A stretch of DNA of 64,000 nt from Callorhinchus milii (taxonomy: Eukaryota): assembly GCF_018977255.1 (NCBI RefSeq), contig NW_024704743.1, positions 12,526,001 to 12,590,000 on the forward strand. Direction: 5' to 3'. Each line of letters opens with the position of its first letter. Positions within the stretch are counted from its first letter, which is position 1. Below the pieces are notes generated by a model. That model searched no databases. It saw only the letters and a list, made by a program, of their open reading frames with translations, and had not been told where the DNA came from. The translations under genes were made by a program, and so were the position numbers. This document shows, piece by piece, positions 14,570 through 27,961 of the stretch.

Positions 14570-15450
14570 ACACGTGGTAATAACCTTCCATATGTACGCG
14601 GCTGACCCACAAATCTACTTCTCCTCCAGCTGCAACTCCAGGCCCGCCGATGTTTTCTCTGCTTGTCTGGTGGACATCAGGGCCTGGATGAACAAAAACT
14701 TTCTACAATTCAATGTTGACAAGACAGAAGCCATACTCATTGGCTCCCTTCAACGTTTATTATCCTGTGGTTCTGACCTCCTCAACCTCCCTGGCCTATC
14801 CCTCAAACTTGCCAGTGCTCAACCTAGGCGTCAGATTCAACCCACAGCTGTTCTTCCTTCCCCATATCCAGTCCCTGACCCGGACTGCCTTCCTCCATCT
14901 CCGCCCCATTGCGCTGCCTCCGACGTACCTAACCCCAGAAGCAGCAGAAACACTCAAACATGCATTTGTCACCTTCCAACTCGACTTCTCAAATGCCTTC
15001 TTTGCCGGTCTCCCCAGCTCCACCATGCACAGGATCCAGATGATCCCCAAATCTGCTGTCTGCATACTCACCCGCACTAAACTCCGTAACCCTATCACAC
15101 CAGTTCTAGTCAGGCTCCACTGGCTCCCTATTGCTGAATGGGTCGATTTTAAGATCCTAGCACTCGTTTTTAAATCCCTTCATGCTCTGGCACCTCCCTA
15201 CCTTTCCAACCTGCTTTTCCCCCAACCTACTGCCTCTGCTCAACTGGCTTCTGCATGACCCTCGTGCCCTCCGCTTCCACCATTGGTGGCCGCGCTTTCA
15301 GTCACTGCTCCCCGAAACTCTGGAACATTCTTCCTCTATCCCTCCGCCTTCCCCTGAAGACCATCCTATTCGACAGTGCCTATAGTCACCTTCTACCGGT
15401 TCAGTGTCATACTCCGCCACTGTCAAACGCTCTGGGACGCTACCACGTAC
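14570..15450 (+). mobile_element. L2 LINE RT C-terminal fragment
   Basis: FHMYAADPQIY, FLQFNVDKTEAILIG, LHWLPI..DFKILAL. Confidence 0.88.
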
Positions 15451-15817
15451 AGCCAATTGCACATAGCAGTGTCCCACAAACAGTCGTAGATTGAATGACC
15501 AAATTATTATTTTTTAAATTATTTTTTGAAGGGATTATTTACCCCCGGAAAAGCGATCTGCCAATTAACTAACAATCAGATTCCTACTTACTACTAGGTA
15601 AACAGAGGAATGTAGAGTAAGGAAACTTGCCTAAGGTTTCACCCTGCACGAGAATTAAATCCGGGTCCGCTGACTTGTGAAGCGATATGCTACAGGACTC
15701 CACGTATCACAAGTCATGTTCACAAAGGAGAAAAAGGGATTAGGAAAATGTATTTTTTCCCACCAAAAAATTGCCACATTTCACTAAACAATTACACCCC
15801 ACCCTCTTTACTTTCAG

Positions 15818-15885
15818 CATTTACAAAATTGATCACAGTCAATGGGCAGGAATACCATCTGCAGCTTGTGGACACAGCTGGACAG
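15818..15885 (+). CDS. RHEB: RHEB exon 3 (TFTKLITVNGQEYHLQLVDTAGQ; G3 motif)
   Basis: ctttcag| and |gtaagg; 68 nt; phase matches exon 2; DTAGQ motif. Confidence 0.97.
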
Positions 15886-16017
15886 GTAAGGGCACTTTTA
15901 GACTCATTTCATGCCTCATGATGCATGTGCAATAACAATATGAATTTATAGCAGAATTTTGCAGTTTAAAGTCAGTGAATTGTGCGGGAATTCTTATGTT
16001 TATTGATTCACAAGTTT

Positions 16018-16545
16018 TTTTTTGGTCAGCCGGGTGTCTTGACACATGCGTGCTTCAGAGTATCTAAATAAAACTGATGGTTATAAGAATGCCATCTACT
16101 CATGGAAATTCTTGTGTATTGGAATGGAATTGTGCACTCTCTCTCCCTGGAGGGACGTATCCTGCTTAATTAATTCCAGAGAGTATTCGGCGCCGAATAG
16201 ATTGGGGACCCAGAATGTGCTTTGGGGTACTGCTGGAGTTTAACCAGTTAAAACTGCCATTGAAAGCATTGTCTGGCAGTCTTTCCTGCTGCTTATCCAG
16301 CTAGGAACCACTTCAGGGTTAACAGGAGACAAGTGGGAAGAATCCCTGCCCCCGGTGACTTGTCTGCTCCTCCCAAGTCTTATCAGTGGGTTAGGCTTGC
16401 TGGGCTGTCATCAGCGGTGCCTTGGAGTACTTCAGACCTGCCTTGCTCAGGAACCGCGTTACCCAGATTGTCACAGAGGGGTTGACTCAAGTCACCTTGG
16501 AGGCAGGTCAGCTTCCCTTCCCCCTCCCTCGCCAGGAAGATGAAT
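16018..16545 (+). repeat. Unclassified dispersed repeat (ttttggtcagccgggtgtctgacacatg...catggaaattc...ggaatggaat)
   Basis: Related copies near 4995, 11960-12745(-), 39348, 46830 and 55548. Confidence 0.7.
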
Positions 16546-16612
16546 GTTCATGTGTGCAATTAACAGAATCTTTTGTCAGAAAAATAAGAGTCAAATGTAA
16601 GACAAGCGTGAA

Positions 16613-16967
16613 ATCCTCGCTCTCGCTCCCCCTCTCCTCCTCGCTCCCCCCACTCCTCCTCGCTCCCCCCACTCCTCCTCGCTCCCCCCCTCCTCCTCGC
16701 TCACCCCCTCCTCCTCGCTCACCCCCTCCTCCTCGCTCCCCCCCTCCTCCTCGCTCACCCCCCTCCTCCTCGCTCCCCCCCTCCTCCTCGCTCCCCCCTC
16801 CTCCTCGCTCCCCCCCTCCTCCTCGCTCCCCCCCTCCTCCTCGCTCCCCCCCCCTCCTCCTCTCTCCCCCCCCCCTCCTCCTCGCTCCCCCCCCTCCTCC
16901 TCGCTCCCCCCACTCCTCCTCGCTCCCCCCACTCCTCCTCGCCCCCCCCGCCCCTCCTCCTCGCTCC
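16613..16967. repeat. C-rich minisatellite (CCTCCTCGCTCCCCC-type unit) in RHEB intron 3
   Basis: Tandem units of about 15-18 nt. Confidence 0.95.
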
Positions 16968-17247
16968 TGGTCGAGGCTGTCCCTGCAGTGCAGTGCTAGG
17001 CGAGCCCTGCGAAGGCATCATTCGGATGACATCAAACCAAGTCCTGCCTATTCAGGTGGTCATTAATAATCCCGATCCAGACCCATTAATATAGTTCAAA
17101 CACTAAGAAATTAAAGTTTAACAATGCAAAATTTTTTCCATAATTTCAAGAAAATTGGGAAACTTGAAGAACGCCAATTTTGGTTTATTTTAACGATTTT
17201 AAAACCTGAATTCAGCAAGCTTGAGTACGTGTTTTTTTGTCTATTAG

Positions 17248-17330
17248 GATGAGTACTCCATTTTTCCTCAAACCTACTCCATAGACATAAACGGATACAT
17301 TCTGGTGTATTCAGTTACTTCCAACAAAAG
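17248..17330 (+). CDS. RHEB: RHEB exon 4 (DEYSIFPQTYSIDINGYILVYSVTSNK)
   Basis: ctattag| and |gtaagg; 83 nt; Rheb switch II region. Confidence 0.97.
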
Positions 17331-20149
17331 GTAAGGATCTCAAGTTAACCTTTCATTTCACTTGGGTATTTACATATCATTTAAAATTCTATGTCTCTCT
17401 TTGATTGAGGATAGCATGTTCCAGTTAATGGGGGTTAGCTGCTTTCTTTTGTGTTGCATGAAAATTGCCTAAAGATCTTCCCTCCTATTCCCTACAATAT
17501 TGGTGTCTGAATGATTTGCTTTGTGTGTGAGAGGAGGATGGGGGAAATGCATTTAATCATAGTTAATTTCCTGGAATGCTAGGCAATATTTACAGTGTTT
17601 TAGTATAATGTATTGGTGATTGCTTTTTATGTGGCCACTGTTGAACACTTGTAAGAAAATTGGGGATGAAAACTTTTGGGTATTAACCTCATAATACTTG
17701 GCCTCCAAATCAAGACTTGTATTGCTGAATGTATCTGCAGCTGAAGGACTCTGTCCCAGAGCTCACTTCAGAAGGCAAGGTGGTGATTTAGTGTTGGAGT
17801 ATCTTTAAGCATTTAGTGAAAACTGGTATTCCATTTATTAATGACTTGCTCTGTTATTTACACTCCTACACATAATATTAACTCCTACACCTCTATTATA
17901 GTAACTGATATCAGTCAATTGTACAGTATTAGTGTAAACCTTATGATGACTGTAACATCTTAATTGTATTCATGCAGAGGTGAAAACAATGTAGTTTTTC
18001 ATAATTGGTTGCTATAACAAGCGCTTCTGTCAGTACAGCTAAACTGTTCATATATTAGTTAAGAAATCTCATGGCCTAGGGCACAGTAGCCATTTATTAC
18101 AGAAGACTTTTTACACAATTGGACACGTCTCACATTTTTTAAGTGGAACTTTTTTTAAAAAAAATAAAAGATATGAACAAGGAAACCAGTCACTAGACAG
18201 CTTTGTTTCTTCCTATTTTATCCTCTTCTGAAATAATTTGACTTACTTTTCTCCCTTTTGCTGAGAGCACAGACCTTGAGCGGCAGCCTCTGAAACCTCA
18301 TCTGTTCTTATTTATGTGTAATATAGTGTTGTTAGCAGTAAAGAGATTATTATATAGTGGTACAAATCTTTTCGGAAGAGCTATCTTTACAAGGTTTGAT
18401 ATTCAGTGGGAGAATACTACAGAAAAGAAGAACAAATATTAAAATAGAGAAGAGGAGGGGAGTGGGATAGTTGGCACAGGCTCGATGGCCCGAATGGCCT
18501 CCTTCTATCCTGTAAGATTCTATGATTTTATGAGAACAAATAAAAGGGCAGATGACCATCTCTTAAGTCCATCATCATCTGTACTTTGTATTCCAAAGCT
18601 TAAATTACTGAATTCTCCTTTGAACATTTAGACACACAGGTTTTTACTGAGGTGATTAAATTTAATGAGGTTGATATTTGATTGTAGGATTACATTTCTG
18701 CATTGCTTCGTTAACATGGGAGTTGCAATCATTGTCCTTGGAATGTTATTTTGTGTGATTTCCGAGCACTTCACCATAGGTCAGAGAAACTTGCTATGGT
18801 ATTTCAGCACTTAATATTCAGATAACTGCAGTGACAGTTAAACCTTGCCCTTTACTAAAATCATATTATAAATTATTTCTGTGCAAAAAATGATTTGCAG
18901 CCCAGTTGGTATCCCACCACAATTTCAAACAGTTGGTCACCACTCCCAGAGTGACTATATTAGTCACATCTTGTGGCTTTTTTTGTATATACTGTTGTAT
19001 TGCAAGTGTGTGTCTTTTTAAGGGAGTTGACCCTTGCAACTGTTTGACTTGTTTCAGTATTGGAGACTATATAGTAGAATAGCCTTTCCTACATGTTAAT
19101 TAATGTACTGTGGTCTTTCACTATAATGCATGCCACCAGTAGTGGCGTGTCATGTGCAATCAACATAGTCAAGAAAACAGAATTGGCATTTAAAGACTAC
19201 TAATTTTAGACTGCTATGTATTCCATCAGTAGATAAGGACTTTATGGTGAAATGTGATTGAAGCCAAATCAGTATCTTATTTGTGGTCTTATCAAGTCCT
19301 CTTCAGGTTCCCCAACAGGATTGAGCAATGTGCGAGGGTACTGCCTCCCAAGTCCAAAAAATTTTGTTTTACCTCAAAAAATAATTTGGTCACTCAATCC
19401 ATGACTGTCTATGGGATACTGTTATGCACAATTGGCTGCCACGAAATATACAGTCAATCAACAATATATTCTGTTAAGGGCTTTGACACATTTCAACGAC
19501 ATAATAGGACGCTATATCAAATGCAAGGATTATTATTATTAAGTCCCTGCCACTGCTAGTTGCGAGCTAGTCGATGGGAAGACTGAAACCACTGTGTTTG
19601 CTTTCTAATCTTCCCTTGCTCACTGTTTTGGTTTGGACCTAAAGCTCACTGTATGGTGAATCAGAGGCACAGACCTGCCTTCCAGTTCTAACTCTCTGTG
19701 GATGTGCTCCAAAGCTGGAGTTTTTACAGTATTTTAGAAAAAGATCATGTTTTCAAACACTTCCTTCAAGAACCAAGTGGTGATGGAGAAGATAAGAGAC
19801 CGAGTACAGGTTTCTACACAATAGTGTTTTTTATTGTATCAAATGTACTTGATGTTTTACTGATTTTAATCAGGTTACAACAGTAAGCAGACTTTATTGA
19901 ACAAAGTTAGGGACACAACTTTTGTTGTAACAAAGAAAAAAAATAATGGTACAGGTCAAAATTACAGTATTCCTAAATGCATTCCATTCCGTAGTTAAGG
20001 AGGGAGGTTATAAACTTCTCTCCCCCTCTTTCCTCCCCCACGCCACCTCTAAATAATGGTAACACCTGAAACCATGGGAGTTACCATCTTGAATTCTTTC
20101 TTTAATTGTGCAAGGATTGTTAATTGTATTTTGCTTTGTGTGTCTGCAG

Positions 20150-20206
20150 TTTTGAAGTGATCAAAGTAATTCACGATAAATTGTTGGATATGGTGGGGAA
20201 AGTTCA
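20150..20206 (+). CDS. RHEB: RHEB exon 5 (SFEVIKVIHDKLLDMVGKVQ)
   Basis: tctgcag| and |gtaagt; 57 nt, in phase. Confidence 0.96.
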
Positions 20207-20306
20207 GTAAGTAGATCATTTATATATTTTTCAATCTCTCTTGGTTATGCTCTTCTGTTTTATCTCTGATGTGTACTAAACTGCTGGGTACCTTTTACTT
20301 TTGCAG

Positions 20307-20354
20307 AGTACCGATTATGTTGGTTGGAAATAAAAAGGATTTGCATATGGAAAG
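20307..20354 (+). CDS. RHEB: RHEB exon 6 (VPIMLVGNKKDLHMER; G4 NKxD)
   Basis: ttttgcag| and |gtaggt; 48 nt; follows a 100-nt intron. Confidence 0.96.
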
Positions 20355-22496
20355 GTAGGTGGCGATGAGTGATGTAGGTTAAAAGCTCTGACCTCCTCAA
20401 TGTCTGTGACCTCTTTCAAACTCACCAAACCAGCATTGAGCCTTAGCATTGAATTTGATTATTTGCTCTCCATCCTTCCTCACATTCAGTCCATTACCAA
20501 GACTGCTTTTCATCCTCATTTGCACCCTTGTGACTTCCTGATATTTTTTAAATGCACTTCTCGACATTCTCCTTAGTTCCACCGTCCAAAAGTGCCAGCT
20601 CATACAAAACTCTGCTGCCTGCACCCGGGTCCTCAGCCGGATCCACTGAATCTTGTCTCGCAAGGGATTAATTTCAAGGTTCTTGCCCTCACCTATAAAT
20701 CCCTTCATTCCCAAGCACCTCCCTATTTCTTTAATCTTCTCCTACCTCACCCTTCTGCTTGCTCCCATCACTGACAAACTTTGGCCGACTGCTGTTGATT
20801 TTCCCCACTTACCCCATTGGTAAGTGATTGGTAATCCCCATTGGTGATTGAGTCTTCAACAATTATGCACCCAACTACTGGAACTCCATTTGCTTCTTCT
20901 CCAGCATGTTCCATTTTAATGCACAAAGTTCACGGTGTTAAATATGGTCACATGGAATTGATATTTTTCTAATGAGAAATGTAATTTGTTTTGAGCAGTG
21001 TATAGGACTTCCCTTCACATTTCCCCTTCACAAAATAATAAATAAGGTGGAAGTATTTTATAGCCAATAGCGCTTTTACATGTAGTTTTCCCTGTTCAGA
21101 TTTTTAAAAAAAAAATCTTATCCCTATTAGAAGACCAATGCCATTCCTAGGTCAGAGCCAACTGTTTAGATGGCGTACAAGCACTGAATCCCGTTCAACT
21201 GATACTTCAAGGAATTGAGTGGAAACTGAGATTAGCATCTGGGAATGAGAGGGCAGCCGGTTAGGGTCAACACTGACATCAGCTGTGCCTGATCTAAGTG
21301 GTGTGTCTCCTTACTATACTACAGGTCTAAGAACAAAACCTATCTCCTAATAGAGGGAAGGATTTTTTCAGATCAGTTCTTACTTGCTGTAAGAAAAGTT
21401 TGTTCCTTGATGGATATTGCTACACACTCACCATAAAAACAGCCAAACTAAATTAAACTAAGCATTAACAATGACATCTATTCACGTTTATGAACAGATA
21501 TCAATGTTAATGGTTAGTTAGCAACATAGGAATATTCATCCCCTCTAGCCTGTTTTGCCATTCTGTTAGATCATGGCTAATCTGTACCTCAACTCCAATT
21601 ACCCGCCTTTACCCCATATAGCTTTGATACCCTTACTTAACAAAGATTTGGTGTTGGAGAATAAATGTGGTATTCATAACTGGAGTTGCAAACAGCAACC
21701 GGAAATGCATCATGCTGACCAATAGAAACTGCTCTGAATTGAGAATCTTCCAGCACAGAGGATCTGCAGGTTGGCAAGATGCATTGAAGTTACTGACAGA
21801 TGTCACTGTTTACAGCTCATCATTGCAAGTATTTTTAGTGCTGAAAAGACACCCAGTGGCTGCTAATCATACTACATCAGATTCTTTATGAAATCTCTTG
21901 CCAAAACTTGTTACACAGTGGAAGTACGCACAAACGTATTGGCAGCATGGTAGCTGTAAAGCAACCTTTGATGCAATTAAAATGAGTTCTGAAGAGTATT
22001 AACCCAGCCAGCTGATTTTTGCAGAGATCCCCTGGATTCTTAAAATCATCAAGTGAATAACTTGACATTTCTGTTGTTCTGCAGGTGCAGCAAGAGTAGT
22101 GTAGTATCATGCTTTTTCAATTGAAATATTTCTCAAGGTTGGAAAAGATGAATCTATACTTTTATTTTTGCCTTTGCAACAAATTTGGAATACTACAGCA
22201 AAAAAAACACTTGCACCACTACTAATTATAGTGAAATCTAGTTTCTCTTTAGTCTAGTTTCACCCTTTAGGTCAAATACAAGGATTACTCTGTTTGCAAA
22301 ACTGCAGCACAGCTCAGTTGTCCTAAACAAGACATTTGTTTCTCAGCTGCACAAACTTGCTTTTGTTTACAGAAATATTCCTTGGTTTTTCTCCAAGGAA
22401 TGTTAGCAACTTAACTCTTGCCAAGTATTTCCCCCGCTCAACGTGCGACAAACATAAACTGCTGGAGTGTCGACGTGTTTTTGTGTTTGCTTTTAG

Positions 22497-22578
22497 GGTG
22501 ATCAGCTATGAAGAAGGGAAGAGCTTAGCTGATTCCTGGAACGCTGCTTTCATGGAATCATCTGCAAAAGAGAACCAG
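22497..22578 (+). CDS. RHEB: RHEB exon 7 (VISYEEGKSLADSWNAAFMESSAKENQ; G5 SAK)
   Basis: cttttag| and |gtaagg; 82 nt. Confidence 0.97.
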
Positions 22579-24760
22579 GTAAGGAGAGTGTAAACCTCTG
22601 AAAGCGGGGGAGCCTAAAGCAGCACTGGCTCACTTTAGGCAGGGATGCTTTTATGCCAGAGATAAAAAAAAACTGCTGTAGTTGCACTGCAGTTTGGCAT
22701 TGGGTATCCATCCAAAAGTCCTGTAGCATATTGGTTAGAGCACTTTCCTCACAAACGAAGGGCCCTGGGTTTGATTCCCGGCAGGGCTAAATGATACGCA
22801 AGTTTCCTTACTCCACACGCCTCTGTTTACCTAACAGGAACCAGGTTGTTAGTCGATTGGCGGATTGTTTTTCTCGGTGTAATGATCCCTTCAAAAAAAA
22901 AAATGACTGTTTGTGGGACACTGCTGTGCTGCCGCATTTCATCCACAAAATATATGGTCAGTTCGCTTTACGGTATATTCTGTGAAGCGCTTTGAGACGT
23001 CTTGAAAACGTAATAAGGCGCTATATCAAATGCAAGGATGATTATTATTAAAAGGTAGATATGGTGCATGAATAGAAAAGCTAGGATCACAAGAAAGGTT
23101 TAGATGAAGGTGTTCTTCAGCCCATTTTATATGAATATGAGTATTTAATACAGCTAACAATTGTTAAAGACGACAATTTCACAGTCTTTGGGGTCATATT
23201 TTATTTATATATGAATAGAACTTAATTCACTAGCCTACATTTAAATTTTCGGATCCAGACCAGTGGAAATTAAAAGGTCAGTAACGGTATTTTCATTTGT
23301 TACATCTCTCGATTCTGCAGAGCAGGCAACCCAGTGCATTAAAGCTCCCCCAAGGGATGAAATCTGCAGCTTTCAGTTTATGTAATGTAACGTACTTAAC
23401 TTATGGCAGGCTCCACAAAACTATATATGGGGGCAGAGAGTGCTGTTGGATTTCTGAAGTGTGTAGTGCAATAACTGATTTGTGTTGTGCGTGGACCCCT
23501 GTTTATTGATTTCTTCCAGCTCTGGTGGAAACTTGTTATTCCAGTCAGTTTAATGTAGAGGCAAGCATATTAATGAATCTGCCATCTTTGTCTTTGTCAA
23601 AGGTTCTGTCTACAAAAATCCTTGTGCAAAGCAATAAGCCCTCCTCAGTTACAAAGCTTGACGTAAATCCAGTTGGACTGTTGCCAAAACAGCATGAGGT
23701 CTGCTTGGCTCTGCAGTGGCATTTTAGGCACATGTAGCTCAGTGTTTAGAGCACTCGCCTCGCAAGTGATTCCTGGCAGGGCGAAACCTTGGGCAAGTTT
23801 CCTTACTCCGCATGCCTGATAATAATCCCTCAAGAAAAAAAACAATAATAAAATTGGTCAAATGTGAAAAGTGCTATATCAAATGCAAGGACTATTATCG
23901 TTATTATTATGTAGGCAGAGCCTAAGCACGAGGACTAAGGCATGAACAATTTGTGTGTTCACTGGCCACCCACAGCACGGCAACAGATGCTCTTCAGTTT
24001 CTTATCATATGTTTTACAAAAGACAGTTTGTACTGCACATAATCTGATATGTTTGAATGCATGTTTGTGGTGGTCTGATCTAAGATAGTGTGTAGACTGC
24101 CAAACAAAGTCAAGCTCAAGTATCAAATAAGGAGATGTCACAAGGAGAATAAAAAAAAGGGGAAGTTAGAGGATTTTGTTCTTTAACAAACGCATTCACG
24201 ATATTAAAGTGAAATGCCTTACCACAAATGGCTGTCGGAGGTGTGTCCATAAGTATAGTTGAAAAGAAATTGGACAAATGCTTGAGCAAAAACATCAAAG
24301 GGTATGGCGAAAGAGCAGGGGAGTGGGTTAGAGTAGAGAGCACCAGTGAAGAAGATAGAATCAGCAAGTTGCAAAGGACTTAACGGCCTCTTTGTACCTG
24401 TAATTCTTGATTCACCAGTGTACAGACTTTATTCTGTCAGTGTGGAGACAGTTATAATAGTAATCCTTATATTTGATGTAGCTCTTTTCACATCTTTGAG
24501 ATGCCTCAAAGCGCTTCACAGAATATACTGTAAAGTGAATTGACAATATACTTGTGGGTGAAACGTGGCAGCCAATTGCAAGCAGCATTGGACGAAGCTC
24601 TTTAAGCCTTACAAACCACATTTGTCAGTAAGTCCTGTGAAGAGCTTCGAGTCGTCCTCTCAACTTGAAAGATGCTATATCAAATGCACAGATTAGTGTA
24701 TTTTATGATTAGGTCTTAACTTGTACCTTGTCTGTTGACAATACCAGACAAGGTACAAGT

Positions 24761-25170
24761 CAGTAGAATTCTCACTTCTGAGTCAGAAGGTTGTGGTTTT
24801 AAGTCCGACTTGGGAACTTAAAACTCACATTGTCTAAGTTGACATCCATTGCGGTGCTGGGGGTATGCTGCATTATCTGAGACACTGTCCTTCTGGTGAG
24901 AAGTAAAACCGAGGTCCAGTCTGCGTATCCAGGTGGACATTAAAGATCCCATGGCACTATTCGAAAAAAGGAGTTTATCTTGGCCAGCAGTCCCCCAAAT
25001 AAAATTGGTCAGACACTCGATGGCTATTTGTGGGACATTGCTGTGTGCAAATTGGCTGTGGTGTTTGCCCACAAAATATACAGTCACTACAGTTGACAGC
25101 CTATTTTGTGAAGCATTTTGAGATGTCTTGACAGTGTGATAAGGTGCCATATCAAATGTAAGTATTATTA
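24761..25170 (+). mobile_element. SacSINE1/AmnSINE1-like SINE (older family)
   Basis: ctctgagtcagaaggttgtgg head, caggtggacattaaagatcccatggcactattcg middle, Deu core. Related copies near 5110(-), 11810, 32235, 33700, 35590/37510. Confidence 0.75.
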
Positions 25171-26204
25171 CAACTAGCTTCAGATCCCTGGGTTAAGAAG
25201 GGGGAAATCGTCAGCTTTCTTGCTCATGCTTGCTGCCTGGTGACCTTTGCTGGAGTGGCACATGTGCAGTTTTCAGGTGAACACAGCATCTGATTTTGGC
25301 TGTAATTTCTTCCCTTTCCTTTCCATCAGTGTGGGCAATCACCCCATGGGTACTCATTTTAAATAAATTTTCAAAATATCTTGGTAGCTATTTGTACCTA
25401 TAAAATTCACTGGATGCTGTAGGAAGCTTTTTTAATATTATTTTGTAATAATAATCCTTGCATTTGATATAGCGCCTTATTACAGAATATACTGTGACCT
25501 ACACAGAATATACTGTAAAGTGTAGTGCTTGTGTATTTTGTGGGTGAAACGCAGTAGCCAGTTGCATATAGCAGTGTCCCACAAACAGTTGTGGATTGAG
25601 TGACCCAAATTATTTTTTTGGGGAAAGGATTATTACCCCTGGAAAGCAATTTGCCAATCGACTAACAAGTGGGTTTCCACTTACTGCTAGGTAAACAGAG
25701 GTGTGTTTGTGGAGTTAGGATACTTGCCTAAGGTTTTGCCCTGGCCGGAATCGAACCCAGATTTTCTTGCTTGCGAGGTTAGTGCTCTAACCGCTACATA
25801 AGGGATTAGAGCACTCGGAATTGTGCTGATGACATCTAGTGTAGTTTTGCGTCTTTCCCCTTTGCGAGCAGGAATGTTAATCTTAAAAAAAATTTCCCCC
25901 CCAAAAAATCGATTCCCACATTACAAGCATATGTACCTTGGCTGATAAAATACCACAATGAGCTAGCCTTTACAGTATCACCACATTCCTTGAGAGACTC
26001 TGTCATTGATGTGTGTTTTGTTGAATTGCATTGTTCATGATGTAAAATAAGCTTGCATAGTGATATATGAGTTGTTGAAACTCATGCACAATATCGGACT
26101 TTGCTATGACATTAATTGGTCTTTTATATTCAGGTTGGTTGTGGGACCTGCTAACGGTATCTTGGTGAAAGGTTATTTCCACTGTTCTCCCTTTTTCTTC
26201 CCAG

Positions 26205-26297
26205 ACTGCAGTGGAAGTCTTCAAGCGAATAATAATGGAAGCAGAAAGGGGAGACGGAGGCACTCAACAAGGGAAAACCACATGCTCAGTAATGTGA
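26205..26297 (+). CDS. RHEB: RHEB last coding exon (TAVEVFKRIIMEAERGDGGTQQGKTTCSVM*), CAAX farnesylation motif
   Basis: Polypyrimidine tract and ccag| acceptor; 30 codons then TGA at 26295-26297; CSVM terminus. Confidence 0.97.
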   Translation, partial: TAVEVFKRIIMEAERGDGGTQQGKTTCSVM

Positions 26298-26356
26298 GGC
26301 CTGAAAACGCTGACAGAACTACTCTACTTGAAGAGGCAAACTGCCTCTTTCCCTTT

Positions 26357-26747
26357 AATAAAAACTGCCACTTTCCCTTTAATAAAAACTATGCCTTTCT
26401 TTTTACCGGTCCTACAGATGGTCAGAGAGTTGCTTTCCCTCCACGTACCACCCTGTCTCCCCCCACCCCCCCCCCCTTTATGTTGAACTCTGATCATTTT
26501 GCAAATGGCTTCACTATCGCATAAAACTTTTTAAAAAGGCAATTCATTTTTTTGATTTGTAAATTGGCATGGGGCAAGGAGCAGTCGTTCACTGTCATTC
26601 ATTGTTCACGTAGTGTGAATGTCAGTTGGAAGTAGTTGATTGTAAACTTTGAAATCAAAAAAAGTGCATCTTGTTACACTACTATTTACACAAACAGGCT
26701 TGAACATCAGTGTTTCCTCATGTGTTGTATGTATACTTGTAAATAAA
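26357..26747 (+). terminator. Candidate RHEB polyadenylation signals (AATAAA at 26357, 26381, 26742)
   Basis: AATAAA hexamers in AT-rich sequence after the stop; which site is used is unknown. Confidence 0.45.
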
Positions 26748-27961
26748 TATTAGCAGCAAATCAATTTGTTTTAATACTTGCCGGTAGAAGAGATCCCATT
26801 GTTTAAGATTAGTGCTGTATTGTTTTTAAAACTAGATTCGCTGTACAAAGTATTTTAAAACGATCCAACACCCCACTGAGTTTAAAGTGACCCTTTGACC
26901 TGAAAGCAGAGAATGATTCACAGGTTGATTGAGATCACATTTTCTTTGGATTGTTTCTTTAAAAAAACAAGACTGAAACAATTTATTTTCAGCCGACTGC
27001 ACACTTAATTTTCACTGTATTTAAATGGACTGTCAGCAGGTAGAGGCTAAACTTAGATGTAATGCAATATGAGATGTAATGCAACAAATTATATATATTA
27101 TATGTGTGTATATATATATGAGAGAATCATTCAAATTGACATTTGTATTATCAAAGGCTGTAAGCTGGGCGCAGGGAAAAGCGATGAATTAATATAGCTA
27201 TAGACAATCCTCAGCAGTATAACTGCTTTCTACTATATTTTATACCGTTATTCAATAATTACAGAGCACTGCTTTAGAATGCAGTCTCCTGTGTTCAGTA
27301 ACTCGTTTATATAAGCAAAGTGCAAAAAATGACCAACTTCCAGGTTGCTGCTTATGTCACTTCCCGTGTGCAGCAAGTGGCCCGTGTGCAGCAAGTGGGG
27401 TCAGCAAACTGGTAACCTGGAAGTCGGCCATTTATTAGCATAGTGAAGCTGGATCTACAGATGTTTAGGCGTGCTCTGAGCAAACTTGTGCTCGACCAGA
27501 AGATGTTTGTTGGGGAAGGGGCCTGCAGAGAGGTACTCTGTATGCGTGCAGACGATATCACTAATGTCAAACTATTCATAGAGGGAGTTGAAAATCACAA
27601 ACTGATTTGAAGGGAATCATAAGCCTCATGCTGACCACGGGGAATTTGGCTTCAACACACGTGGCCGGGGTTGGTATCGAAGCGACCTTCCCAAGGGTCA
27701 GCGTGACATTCATCTGGTTTCCTGTGGAATTCAGTATCTTTGAATGCAGTCCTGTACTTCAGGACCATGCCCCTCTCCTCCCTCCCTACCTCCTTCTCCT
27801 CTCCCCACCCACCACTACCATCACCTACTGGCACCGTAGGCGATCTTCAGTATTTCTTGTTGGTAATATTGTTGTTGACGTGCAGGAAATGAGTTTGATA
27901 GTTTTAAGTGAGTGCCTTGACAACAGTGTGCTGCAGATCTAGTATACCCAATCTCTGCCGC

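Noticed and set aside
16422..17066. Pro-rich extensin-like ORF and antisense Gly/Glu-rich ORFs
   Set aside because: Translation of the intronic C-rich minisatellite.
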